Source: Azolla caroliniana
Taxonomy: Eukaryota; Plantae; Polypodiophyta
Assembly: GCA_043228905.1 (NCBI GenBank)
Contig: JBHGNT010000009.1
Span: 17,422,001 to 17,486,000, forward strand
Reading direction: 5' to 3'
Length of the DNA stretch: 64,000 bases
A program made the position numbers and the translations under genes. Positions 26,109 to 38,800 of the stretch are shown here, piece after piece (positions within the stretch are counted from its first letter, which is position 1; the number at the start of each line of letters is the position of its first letter). The notes beneath the pieces are model-generated. The model had not been told where the DNA came from. It did no database searches and worked only from the letters and a program-made list of their open reading frames with translations.

Positions 26109-28941
26109 GAGAGTCGATCGGGGAAGTCCAAGTTGAAGACATGGCCAACTAGTAGAGGGCTGACTGGACAGTTGACACTAGAGTCGACTAGTCGATAAGT
26201 CGACTGAATAACTATTATTGTTATAATAGAAATGATAGTAGTAGTGACTACATTTGTAAATAGCCCATACATTGTATAAGTATAAATACACTTAGGGCTA
26301 ACGTAGAAGAGCGAGAGTGTAGAACAAAACAATTGAGTGCCTTTGTTGTATAGCGCGACAGCGAAGAGAGTGTGTGAGTGAGAGGGAACGACACCATAGC
26401 TGAGTGAGCTTAGACATCATGAGCCCTGTGTGGCTATTACACTCTGCGGTAAGAGAGTGTTGTAATCTCGTCATCTTTTATATCTAATGTATAGTGAAGA
26501 TTTGTTCGCTCGTGGTTTTCCCGTTTAGGGTTTCCTTGTAAAATTGTGTACCTTGTTCATTATGTTGTTTTTTGTTTCCAAGTTCTGTATTTTCTGCATA
26601 TCTTTCGAACGAATATTCGATTTGACCTCAATAATTTGGTATCAGAGCCAAGGTTGAAGATGGAAGGAGGTGTGAGTGGCTTCCCAAGCAGGATAGTTCT
26701 AAACTCTCAAAACTATGTGGACTGGAAGATAAAGATGGAGGACCTTCTCATAGTCAAAGACCTGTATGAGCCAATTGACAGAGCAGAAATACCCATGGGG
26801 GTTTTAGAATTGGAGTGGAAACTTCCTAATCGAAAGGTGGTGGCCACCATTCGATAGTGCGTCGATGTAAGTGTCTTTCAACATGTGACGAATGATACAA
26901 ATGACTACGAGATGTAGTAGAAGCTACTAGGCTTATATGAGAGGAAGAACGCCCTCAACAAAACATCTCTGATGAGGAAGATCGTGAGGTTGAAATGCAG
27001 GGACGGGGAAAGCATAGTTGAGCACGTCAGCACATTCATGGGGTATGTGAATCAACTTACCACAACCAAGTTTCTCCTTGAGGATGCAATGCAGGCCATC
27101 CTCCTATTGTGCACCCTGCCTAATAGCTGGGAAAATCTAGTGGTGACTCTTAGCACCTTGTGTCAGGAGGAGAACTTGTCTCTACAAGCGGTAAAGACAA
27201 GCATCTTGAATGAGGAGACTAGAAGGAAGGACAAGGGTGTCCCGGCCTAGTCGGAGTCAAACTTGACTCAACACACCAACAGAGGAAGGAACTGTCAAAG
27301 AAGTCCACCAAGCAGAGAAAAGTCCCATGCCAAATCCAAGTCTAGAGGGAAGCTAACATGCTTCTATTGTGGAAAGCCTGGACACTTTCAGAAGGACTAT
27401 CAACATCTCAAGAAGCACAAGAGTGTTGGCAATAATGTCGAACCTAGGAAGATTTCTGATGAAAAGGGCACATTGGTTGTAGCTACGAGTGCAGAGGAGA
27501 TTTTGTTCATTTGTAAGCAGGCAAGCACAAACCTTGCAAGTGAAGAGTGCACCTGGGTAATCGACTTGGGTGCATCTTTCCATATAACCCTGTCAAGAGA
27601 GTGCTTTTTGACTTACATAGCCGGGGATCATGGCTATGTAAAGATGGGAGATCATGGAGAGTGCAAGATAGCCAACATTGGAAGCGTGTGCCTGATGACG
27701 TCAACCGGTTGTCAACTAACGTTGAGGGAAGTTCGACATGTCCCCGATATCAGATTGAATCTGATATCAACTGGAAGATTGAACGACGAAGGCTACAACG
27801 GTGGTTTCCGAAACGGCAAGTGGAAGTTCTATCATGGAAACCTCATAGTGGCATGAGCAGAGAAAGAAGGCACACTGTATATGATGCATGCCCGATTGTG
27901 CAAGTCGGAGGTGAATGTGGCAACCAACTCGAGTGGAGAGTTATGGCAGAAGAGGCTCGACCACATGAGTGAAAAAGGAATGCACGTCATGGTCGACCGG
28001 GAACTTCTCCCAAAAGTGAAAGGAGTACACTTGGAGAAATGTGTCAATTGCTTAGCCGGAAACCAGAACCGAGTGACATTCCACACAAGACCCCCAAGAA
28101 GAAGAGAAGTTATAGTGGAACTAGTACACACGAATGTGTGCTATGTAGAGGCTCCATCGCATTGAGGTGGGCAATACTTGGTAACGTTTATTGACGACTA
28201 TAATCGGAAGACATTGGCCTTCGTACTGAAGTTAAAGGATCAAGTATTGTCAATGTTCAAGGAGTTCCAGGCAAGAACCGAACGAGAGTCGGGTCCGAAG
28301 CTGAAGGTTGTCCGAACCGACAATGGTGGAGAATATAAAGGGCAGTTTGAGGAATACTACAAGGCCTAGGGTATTCGAATCGAATACACTGTACCAAAGA
28401 CCCCTAAGTTGAACGGGCTTGTAGAGAGGATGAATTGAACAATTATGGAGAGAGTAAGGAGCATGTTGTCGCATGCCAAGCTATTGAAATCGTATTGGGT
28501 TGAGGCGATGTACACAGTTGTTTACCTGATCAATAGGTCCCCCTCAGTACCATTGAAAGGTGATGTCCCACAAAGGGTGTGGACAGGAAAGGATGTCTCC
28601 TACCGACACCTGAGGGTGTTCAGATGCTTAGTGTATATGCATGTGGTTAAGGATCATAGGTCGAAGCTCGACAGTAACTGAAAACCATGCATATTCATGG
28701 GACACTCGGAGTACGAGTTCGGCTACAAGTTGTGGGACTAAGTCGACAAGAAGGTAGTGAGGAGTTGGGACGTAGTCTTCTTGGAAGACAAGACAATTGA
28801 GGACTGGAAGCAACATAAGTTAGACTCGACTTACCAGTCGACTCTCACTATCACTGACTTAAGGCCAACTGAACCGACACAATCGGTTGTTTGTAGACAA
28901 CCAATCGACACAGCCAAATCTGAGCCGAATCAGGTGTTTGT

Positions 28942-29506
28942 CGAGTGAATCTTACCATCTTGATAATAGATTTTATCATGATTAAGAGCATCCCTATATT
29001 CTTGATAGTTTTTCTTCTGATGGTCGATACTATCACACCATATACACCTTTGAACGAGTGAATCTTACCATCTTGATAATAGATTTTATCATGATTAAGA
29101 GCATCCCTATATTCTTGACAGTTTTTCTTCTGATGGTCGATATTGTCACACCACATACACCTTTGAACGAGTGAATCTTACCATCTTGATAATAGATTTT
29201 ATCATGATTAAGAGCATCCCTATATTCTTGACAGTTTTTCTTCTGATGGTCGATATTGTCACACCACATACACCTTTGAACGAGTGAATCTTACCATCTT
29301 GATAATAGATTTTATCATGATTAAGAGCATCCCTATATTCTTGACAGTTTTTCTTCTGATGATCGATATTGTCACGCCACATACACCTTTGAACGAGTGA
29401 ATCTTACCATCTTGATAATAGATTTTATCATGATTAAGAGCATCCCTATATTCTTGACAGTTTTTCTTCTGATGGTCGATACTGTCACACCACATACACC
29501 TTCGAA
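28942..29506 (-). repeat. Five tandem 113-bp copies of a Gag CCHC zinc-knuckle segment
   Basis: Units start at 28942, 29055, 29168, 29281 and 29394; each encodes a ..WCDxIDHQKKNCQEY..-like peptide on the minus strand. Confidence 0.95.
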
Positions 29507-31215
29507 CCATTCCACCTCCTTGCCTTGACGAAGTTGAGCTCTGTCCCGATTCTAGCTTCGTCACTTTGATCGACAAGTCTTTCATGCCTTTCACCAACTC
29601 ATGCAAGAGTGAATCTTCCATTTTCTTCTCTCCCGTGTCGTTTCTCGTTTCCTCTCCGGCAGCTCCATAAACCATAACTTTCTTTTACAGAAATGGGCAC
29701 AAGCCCTTTTCACCTCCTCCCAGTCTTCGGTAAGTCCACTCAGACTATTCTGATCTTCCAGAAGCATTCCCAAGTCCTTCCTATCTTTAATATTAGTAGC
29801 TTGTAGAAACAATATTATTTTATCTAGCATTATTATGTTTCTATCCCTAACATTTAATTCCTCAAATCTTTCTGAAAACTCTTTTAACACTTCCAAAACA
29901 CATAACTGTTTATGAGACTCTACCCAATCCATGAAAGCTCGCCTTGTCATTCTTGACATATCGTTGAGGTTGTATTCATTCAATAATTCTCTTTCGAAAG
30001 TCGCCCATGTCTGATGCTCCCTCTGTAGCTCTTGGACCCTCTCTTGTAGCCTAATTGCAGCGACTCGACTAAAGCTATTAATTTTTGCAAATTCGTTGAC
30101 ACACCACGTTTAAGCATTTCTTCATTGTAAATCTTCAGAAAACTTGTTAAATTCATACCTTCGAAGATTCCTACTCGTGCAAGAATATTGTCGACGGCTT
30201 TGTCGATGCTTGTCATCATCCCTTGCTCTCACATCACTCGTTCCATCATCGTACACACAAGTCTCATTTGCTCCTCCATTTTTCCTTGTCGCCGCCTTCA
30301 CGTCGGGTTCACCAAATGTGTCGGGGTAGTTGTGGTTCGTGCGGCGAAGTCACAGGGACTAAGGTTAAGGGGAGTTGGAGGAACTTTTATAAGGCTTGCG
30401 CACAAATGTTAGGAAGATTAAGGATAAGAAGAATAAGAGTTTAAACTAATGTGTGAGAGAGACAGATGAGTATAGATAAAAGATAGAGACAATGTATGAT
30501 TCAAGAAGCAAGATAGAGACAAAGTATGATTTAAGAAAAAAAAGCATATGATATGAACATGATGTATATTACGAATACAAGATTTTTACCAACTTTACAA
30601 TGCTTGATAGCAAGATGAACTCTTTCTCTACCGACTCTTGATTCGAACCCTTGACTCCAACTCAAAAACACGAGCCTCTTCACCCACAAGCTAACTTGTT
30701 TGTTTCTTCGATCATCTTATTTCTTTAACTTTCCCTTCCCCCTTCCCTCACATGATTCCCTCTTTTTATAGGTGCCCCCATGCATATAATGCATGTGAGG
30801 GTAAAGACATGCATGCAATGCATGTGATGCATGATCGCCATTTGGCGTTCATGCATTACATGTGATGCATGATAGACATCTCGCTCATTTGAGCTTCCAT
30901 GTATGAAAATAAGAATAGGATAAGTATAATGATGGAAATATATTCTAAAATAATTAACTTAGTTTAGTGGTGTATACCTTGTGCTTGGTATACAAGGTTG
31001 ATGGTTCAAGTCTCTCAATTTTACTCAATACAATATTTAGCTTCGTTCTTATATCATGAAGCACATTCTTTGTAATACTTTTAAAAATAAATAGCCTAGT
31101 TTAGTGGTATGTGCATTGTACTTCATATATAAGGGTGTGGGTTTAAGTTTCTCAAATATTACTAAACACAATATTTAAGTTCATTTTTATATCGTGAAGC
31201 ACATTCTTCACGACA
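28942..31215 (-). mobile_element. 3'-truncated tRNA-Trp-primed Gypsy (5' LTR + gag only)
   Basis: LTR 30319-31215; PBS TGGTGAACCCGACGTGA (minus, about 30298-30314); gag ORFs 29980-30219, 29591-29983 and 29259-29675. Inserted in the Copia-2 3' LTR at GCGC; the remainder was deleted. Confidence 0.88.
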
Positions 31216-31257
31216 GCGCGACAAAGAAGAGTGTGTGAGAGTGAGAGGGAACGACGT

Positions 31258-31854
31258 TGTCGCGTGGCGCGTGGCGCACATGCCAAACGTCATGATGTGC
31301 GTGTCACACAGGCAGAGTTTGAACCCTTGACTTCAAGTTGTGAAACAAGACACGTCACCAATAAGATAACTAGGTTTTTTCTTATAAACATCTTGATTCA
31401 GTACATAGATTGATCGCCCTCTTTTCTTTATCCCCCCCTTTTATAGATGCCCCCATGCATATGATGCATTCTTGCTATTTGGCGCTCATGCATTGCATGT
31501 GATGCATGATAACCATGTCACTCATACAAGCTCTTATATATGAGAATTTACATGTGAAAACTACAATGATGAAAATAAACTTTAAAGAAAAAAACTTTGT
31601 CTAATGGTAAGTCAATTGTCTCTTATCTTGGAGCTGTAAGGTTCAAAATCTTACTTACGCCCCTTGGAATCCCATTAGGCCCTACGCTTTTTTTATTATA
31701 TATTTTGTGTAATGAACACCTAAACACACATCACACGTACACATTAACATGCTAACATATGAGTGTAACCATCATCCCTTTCATGCATATTGCACCTTCT
31801 CGATTTTGTCCATTCCACGTGATTTTCACACCGTTGCCGAAAATCTTCACAACA
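31258..31854 (-). mobile_element. Solo LTR of the same Gypsy group, inside the Copia-2 3' LTR
   Basis: TGTCGCG...CTTCACAACA; flanks ACGT/ACGC; the empty site GAACGACACCATAGC is in the Copia-2 5' LTR at about 26386-26400. Confidence 0.85.
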
Positions 31855-32803
31855 ACGCCATAGCTGAGTGAGCTTAGACGTCAAGAGCCCTATGTGGCTG
31901 TTACACTCTGCGGTGAGAGAGTGTTGTAATCTCGTCGTCTTGTATATCTACTATATAGTGAAGATCTATTCTCTTGTGGTTTTCCTGTTTAGGGTTTCCA
32001 CGTAAAATTGTGTACCTTGTTCATTCTTCTATTTTCTGTTTCCAAGTTGTGTATTTTCTGCATATCTTTCGAACGAATATTCAATTCGAACTCAATAATA
32101 ACCATGTGGAATTTTTGGGGTATGTGGTTTCACAAAAAGGTATATCTATGGATCCATCCAAGGTTCAGACAATCCCGACATGGCGACGTAGTGACAATAA
32201 ATAACAATATTGGGCTTTTATAAGTTCGATAATTGGAATGAGTGCAACAAGGAAAGGTGGGTGCTCTATTATGACGGTCTTATTTTTTTCTTAATCTCTT
32301 CCTTGTTAAGTAGTTTTCCCTACAAGCCTACGCAAAGCTCGTTGTTTGCTTCAAGTGTTGGTCTTGTCCCTGACAACAACGCCTGTCAAATAGGGTGCCT
32401 ACTAATCCCACTCGAGATGCATCAATTGGATATTCTATGGGATGCATTTGAATAACAAATCTTACTTGAGTTAAAAATCCCCTAAATTGAGACCTCATAC
32501 CATCAAATTTCACAAGTAGGCTAATCTTGGGTTCTTTAATAACCCCTTTGATCTCTTGTCAAATATTGTTGCAAAGTTGTGACCAATGCCGACTATATTA
32601 GTTGTACCCGTTGTGTGAACTGATCGTGTTGTTGTTTTTTCATAAGTTACCTTTTGGAGATCCTCAAGCAATCGTTGATTCTCCATCTCAAGCGCCACAA
32701 ACTTGGTTTGAAGGCTTTCCTATTCAAAGACAAAAAACATAAAATCTTGTTGGCTAATAACGGCCATAGCCATATAGGGCTTAGGAAGCGGTTAGGGAAA
32801 GCG

Positions 32804-35800
32804 TGTCGAATACGGGTTCATAATGGACATATTCACACTATCCCATTGGACAGACTAGGTCTAGGCCATATTTGTAAAGATTGGAAAGGACGGTTGCCCT
32901 AGGTCAGTTAGTATTTAAAACTAACCTTTGTAACCTAGTTATGTGTTGTTGTTGCCTCCATTTTAACTTTGAGTTCAAATAATACAGTTAAATATTGTGC
33001 GCCTCTCTGTCTCCTTCTCTATCAGACTTTATCTTGATCTTGATATTAGGAAGTTAACTTTTTAATCTCTGTTATCAACTTGGTGATCTTTATCACATGA
33101 TGTTGTTCTCATTTCCACACTAATGGCCTTATCTCCAACATCTAGTATCATAGCCAGGTTCTTCAATCCGCTATTGACCATCATCTATCTTCAACAACAC
33201 TCTTGATCTCAACTCCTTGAAGACTCCAAGTCGAATCAAGTCCTGGAACAGATTCCTGATTTTAGTTGTATTGAAATCTTCTTATAAGCAACCACCAAGG
33301 TCTCATTCTAAGAAGAGAAAGACACGAAGCCGATTTGCACCTCATTGCATTAAATCACCTCTAAAGTACGCCAATCGATTGCTTTTTGCTCCTATGATTG
33401 TAACCATTCGAAGTGGGATCTCTATTCTGACAACTCCAATCATGTTCCATCCGGCTGAGTAGTATTCGGATTGGTCAGTCGGCGATGTCTACCCAACCAC
33501 TGCGGTCATCTAGAACAAGGTTGACATAAGGAATGACACATAATTGTGATCGGCCTCTAAAATTGGTATTCGGAACCGGACTGGCACATACTTGTGCTCA
33601 ACTTGACTAGACGATATTCGGGAAGACCAATCGGTTTTGTCCCTCCACTCGCTATAGCCACTTGGAGCAAACTTAGAATCCAATTGTCATCCGGAACCTA
33701 ATCAAATAACTAATTGACAAATTCGAGTCCAATTTGGTTAGGCCGACTGGTTGTAGTTACACTAGACAGAACTCGCCTATAGTGAAGCCAATTGACTTGT
33801 GTCCAAATCCGGCTAGAACGAATTCAGGTGAGGTAGTGTACCATTCTTCATAGCCGACTCCGGACAATGCCTTACCAGCCAACATAGATGGCATCAACAT
33901 TCAACTCATCAGAGATGAGTCTAAGGAAGTTCGATGGATCAAACTTCAATTTCTCGAAGGAGTAAAGGGTTAGATCGACCCAATTGAGACTAAAAAGGCT
34001 CTAGAAGGATATAAATCGAATGAATGGACGAAGATGGACCGAATTGTCCGTGCCACCATTCGGATGCACTTGTCGGAGTCAGTGTCCTTCACAGTGCAAT
34101 TGTGTTTGACTACCTTCCAACTATGGTTTACACTCTCAAACACTTATGAAAAGAAGGTTGCTGCAACAAAGATATACCTGATCCAACACCTCTACAACCT
34201 TCGGATGAAAGAATCTGACTTGGATCAGGCACATCTCAATGAGTACGAAAGCTTAAGCTCCCAATTTTTGGCTCAGGGGACAACAATTGAAAGTGAATTA
34301 AAGGTAATGTTGCTAATGAATAGTCTCCCTCCCTCATGGGAAACTTTCATCACAACTGTGTGCAATGCGTCGGATGCTGCAATAAAGTACTCCGAAGTCA
34401 CAAGCTCAATCTTGATTGAAGCATCTCAGAGCAAATCGTTTGCAAATGATTCGGCCAATGAAACCTACGTAGTACAAGGTTTGGCCAACCAACTAAACAC
34501 TCAAGGAAGAAGTTCTTCCCAACCACTGACTAATATGATGTCGTGAAGAATTTCGGCCAGAGGCAGAAACCGGGAAACATTGGCTACATCGGCGGGGTGC
34601 AGCATGTGTGCTCACCCTTGTACATTTAGTGGGAATAACGAGGGCTCCTTTATGACGCCGAAGAGTAGTCAAGTCGGGACAGACGATCCCATGTAAGTCG
34701 GGATTTATCCCACATTGTAACACATCCCTCTCCTTGTTCTATAAAAGGAAGGGAGCGCCCTTTGTGAAAGGGTTGCCTGTTTTGTGTTAGAGGGTATACC
34801 GTTAGGTTTAGAGTTAGTTTTTTCTCTTCTTCTTGGCGGGGAAGTCGACCGTTGAGGGTTGTTGCTGCTCGGTCTCCTGTGCAAGACCCCGTTCTGCGTG
34901 ACGAGCCCGAGAGCTCCCCGAACGGCGGCTTGGCTGCAGACTGCTGTTGTAACCTACCCTAGCTTGGTCCGGCTCGAAGCCGGGGTTATATTCTTTCCCT
35001 TGTAATACTTATATTTGCGTCTATCTGTGTATATTCGTGTCTCTGTTGGTGTCGGGTGCTCCCCCTTTCCTGCGTTTCCTGTACATAAGGGCGTGAGTCG
35101 GGTCGGCCTGTGTGTGCGTGTGTGTGCGTGAGTCGGTGTCAAGCGCGCGCTCCCTCTCTTTCTCTCTCTCCCTTCGGTTGCTTCCGGTGTGCTTCTGGGA
35201 TGCCCCGGAAACATTGAAGTACGACTTCCTACGCTCCGTCACTCCCTGATCCAAGACCCCCATGGTCCCGCCTTTCTCCACGCACGCGCGCAACAACACG
35301 ACATCTTTGGTGAACCCGACGTGAAAGGCGGCAAGGGAGGATGGAGTCGGAAGACGACGACCTCGCGACGATGGTGGCCGAAGTGGTGTTGGAGTCGGCA
35401 CGAGTGGTGATGGGGCGAGAAGCAGTGCAATAAGCGGTTGAGCGAGTGGTCGAAAGAGTCGGTCGTTTCAACGGGGACAAAGTCCCATCTTACTTGGAAG
35501 CCTACAACGCGGAAATGGAGGAGCGAGACGTGGACGCTCCGGCAAGCTCATAGTTCGTGGGAGGCCTTTGAAGAGGCGCTCCTGCAAGCATATGGAGGAC
35601 GACAGAAGAGCCGGGGACGGCACGACTTCGACCAGTGGGTAGCATCGGCAAAGACCCACCAGGGTGCAACGAAGGCATTCCGGGAGTTCGAGCAACGGCT
35701 TGCTCGGCTCCCGGAATGGGAACAAGGTTTGGTGGGGGCGGACAAAGTCCTATTGTTCGTCAGGTCGATCGACCGAGCGGAATAGGAGGCCATCGGGATG

Positions 35801-38800
35801 GAGCTCGAAGACGATGACGGAGCGAATGGGCTTACGGAGGACTGGTCGAAGGTCGGAAGGGTGTGCCAACGGCTAGACAACGAGCGAGCCAAGAAGGCTA
35901 AGAGGAAGGGGCACGACGGCGTGCCATCACAACGGGAAGAGGCCGAACGGCAAAGAGAGTCGGCAAGGGTCGGCGTTGGGGCCAGGATTGCGGAGGCGTA
36001 CGCAGCTCTTGAGGCGATACTCGAGGAAGAGAAAAGATCGAGGCCGCAAGCCGAGACTGAGGAGATGGACCTGCCCCACGTGATGACGGAAGATCGGTAC
36101 CACGGTACCACGGAGAGGGTGCGGAACAAAACGCCCTCTCGACTTGCGGAGATAGAACGGTCAAGGATGAGGCCGAGATACCGATTGCAGGATCGGAACA
36201 TTGGAACCAGCGGTTTCAGGCGTGTCAGCCCGAAACCCCGGACATCGGAGAAGCAAGCCCAGGCGGGGCTTACGCGATCGATAAGGAGACGACCGCCGAC
36301 CATGAAGAGTCGGTGTCTACGGACAAGGGTGTAAACCAGACGGGCGATTCTTTGAGCCTTCCCACACTTGCTCCCGAGACGATGGCAGTCGGGCCCGAGT
36401 GCCCACGTGAGTCCCAAGCGGAGGAAGGCGGTGGCGAGAGACCAAGAATCACCAGCGACACGATATGGGGAAGGAGCGGACGAAAGCCCCGGACCCAATT
36501 CCGGAGAACTCGGCATTTGGGCCCGTATACCCGTGTAAGACCGAGGAGATGGATGGCGGTACCGAGGAGTCCTGGCACGATGCCAGCGAAGATGGGTGGG
36601 AGATGGCCAGCGAAAAGGTCGACGAAGAGACCAAGGAACAACCCGACCGGGGACCGAACCGCGCGATGCTCCGATACGGGTGGAGCATAATCCGGTCGTG
36701 GATCGTTCGATCGGGGCCGGATTCGGCATGAAAGTGCCGATACGGAAGAGGGTGTGGGACGAGCCGCCCTCTTTTACATGGGGAGAAAGACCGACCGGGC
36801 GAAGGTCGGGAATTGGAAGAGAAGTTGTCAAAGGTTCGGAACGAGTCTAGCAAGGTCGGCATCGAAGCCGAAACTCCGGACATTGGAGAATCAAGCTCAG
36901 GCGGGGCTTGATTGATCACAGAGCGGATGCTATCCACCGACACCACTAAAAGGGGCGGAGGTCCGGACGAGTCACCGAAAGACGTTGCAAAAATCGGTTA
37001 CCCCACGTCCTATCCGGAGACTTTGGCAATTCAGCCGACGTGGCAACGTGAGACTGAAAGAGATGGAGGATGGAGGCGAGAACGCAAAGAGGAGAGAAAT
37101 GATGAGTTCGGCAGAAGTACAAGGGATGAAGAGGAGAACGAAGACCGGTCCCCACACCAGTCCGGAGGCCCCGGCAGTTCGGCCAACGTGGCAACGTGAG
37201 ACCTAGGGAGAAGGCTGGTGGCGATAGGAGAATGGGACCCGGCAATCCGAAGAAGGACGAACGGACCCAGACGAGAACCGGGCGGAGCGGACTCCCGGAC
37301 GACCATTCCGGGAGGGAGGAAGAGAGCAGGCTTACAAAGAGGCCGAGGAGACGGTACGTCGGTACCACGGGAGAGGGTGCGGAGTAAACCACCCTCTCGG
37401 CATGCGGAAAAGAAGGAAGACCCGGGATAAGGGTCAGAGATATGGCAAGCCCGAGGAGGATCCTTCACACCGGTTCTACAGAAACCGGCGGTCGGCCCGA
37501 GAGCCGGTTGTCGGCCTAAAGTGAAGAACGGTGGCGGTGAGGGGACGAAGGCAAAGGGCTATGGATGGGCGGTCTACGGAGATCCTCACACCGATCCGGC
37601 GGTCGGCCCAAGAGCTGGCGTGAGTCCTATAGGAAAGGACGATGGCGGCAGGTGAACGTGACCAAGAGAAGAGAATGGCGAAGGGAGAGCGGAGCAGCTG
37701 TAACCTTACACGCACCGATTCTAGAGACTCCAGCAGCCAATGACAAGAGGAGGCGTGAGACCTAGAGTAAGGGACGGTAGCGGCGGCAAGGCGGGCAACC
37801 GAAGCCAAAAGGGGAGGTCCCACGAAGACACTCACACCGATCCGGCGGTCGGCCCGAGTGCGGCGTGAGTCCTATAGGGGAGATCGGTGGCGGCAGGAGA
37901 ACGTGATCGGACGATAGGAGATGACGGAAGCAGAGAAAGGAGGTATCAGGCCGGCGAGGCGGCCACGAACCAAATCGAACCTTCGGGCAAGGTTAGTGGG
38001 CGTCCGGAAGTCCGGTCCTACGGGATCCCCACACCGAACCAAAGACTCCGGCAGTTCGGCCAACGTGGCAACATGAGACCAAGAGAGAAGGTTGGTGGCG
38101 GTGGGAAACGGGACCCGGCAACACGAAGACGGAACCCGGCTACGCGGAAGACACAAGGAAAGTCCGGGAGGGACTCAAACAAAAGACACCCGGATCTCGG
38201 TAAGCGACGAAATGAAGACCGGTCCTATGGGACCCTCACACTGATCCGGAGACCCCAGCAGTTCGGCCAACGTGGCAACGTGAGATCTAAGGAGAAGGAC
38301 GGTGGCGGCAGGGAACGAGACCCAACAACACGAGGTAGCGGATTGGGAGTCGGTAAGACGGGGCGGACGAAATGCGAAACCCTCACCGGCCGGTTACGGT
38401 TTCGGAAGTAGCCGGTAGGGCGAACATGAGGAGGTGTGTCGGGCCGGAAAGGCACACCTGGGACAGAATAAGAGTCTTGCAAGTGACCATCGCAGGCCGG
38501 ATCAAAGCGTGACTATGGGACAGTGTTCGGCACGGGCGGTGCCGAACAAAGGAAGCGGAAGACGGCACAAGGGAGGTGCCGGGAACGAGGTGACAAGTGC
38601 TTAGTGGACTGCATAGGGTCGAAGTCAGGGGATGGCAAGAGAGGCCGGAGGGGGATCCTCCACACTCACTTCGTAGATCTTGGGAGCTCCGTCGAAGTAG
38701 CGAAGACTGACACGGCAAGCCCGGGGTGACAAGCTGGTGGGGGCGAGGGGACGACGGCAAGCGGAAGACTCAGGACCTATTGCAGCAGCACGAAGACGGG

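Larger units (their letters stand above)
20599..32097 (+). mobile_element. Ty1/Copia 'Copia-2', degenerate, RT/RH region deleted
   Basis: TSD ATAAC at 20594-20598 and 32098-32102. 5' LTR 20599-20672 + 26114-26633; PBS TGGTATCAGAGCC at 26637. Gag, CFYCGKPGH knuckle, protease WVIDLGASFH and integrase run to about 28940. 3' LTR remnant 31216-31257 + 31855-32097. Confidence 0.88.
18480..32180 (+). pseudogene. Old chromovirus RT fragment split into three pieces (about 18480-18795, 20485-20598, 32098-32180)
   Basis: RYALPLI...[11 protein letters not shown]...IVYLD, then YSKTQVEH...EKCSLDHN, then HVEFLGYVVSQKGISMDPSKV. The pieces become contiguous once the hAT MITE and Copia-2 are removed. Confidence 0.8.

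Noticed and set aside
28942-29506. CRISPR-like array
   Set aside because: The units are contiguous with no unique spacers, they derive from gag, and the context is eukaryotic.
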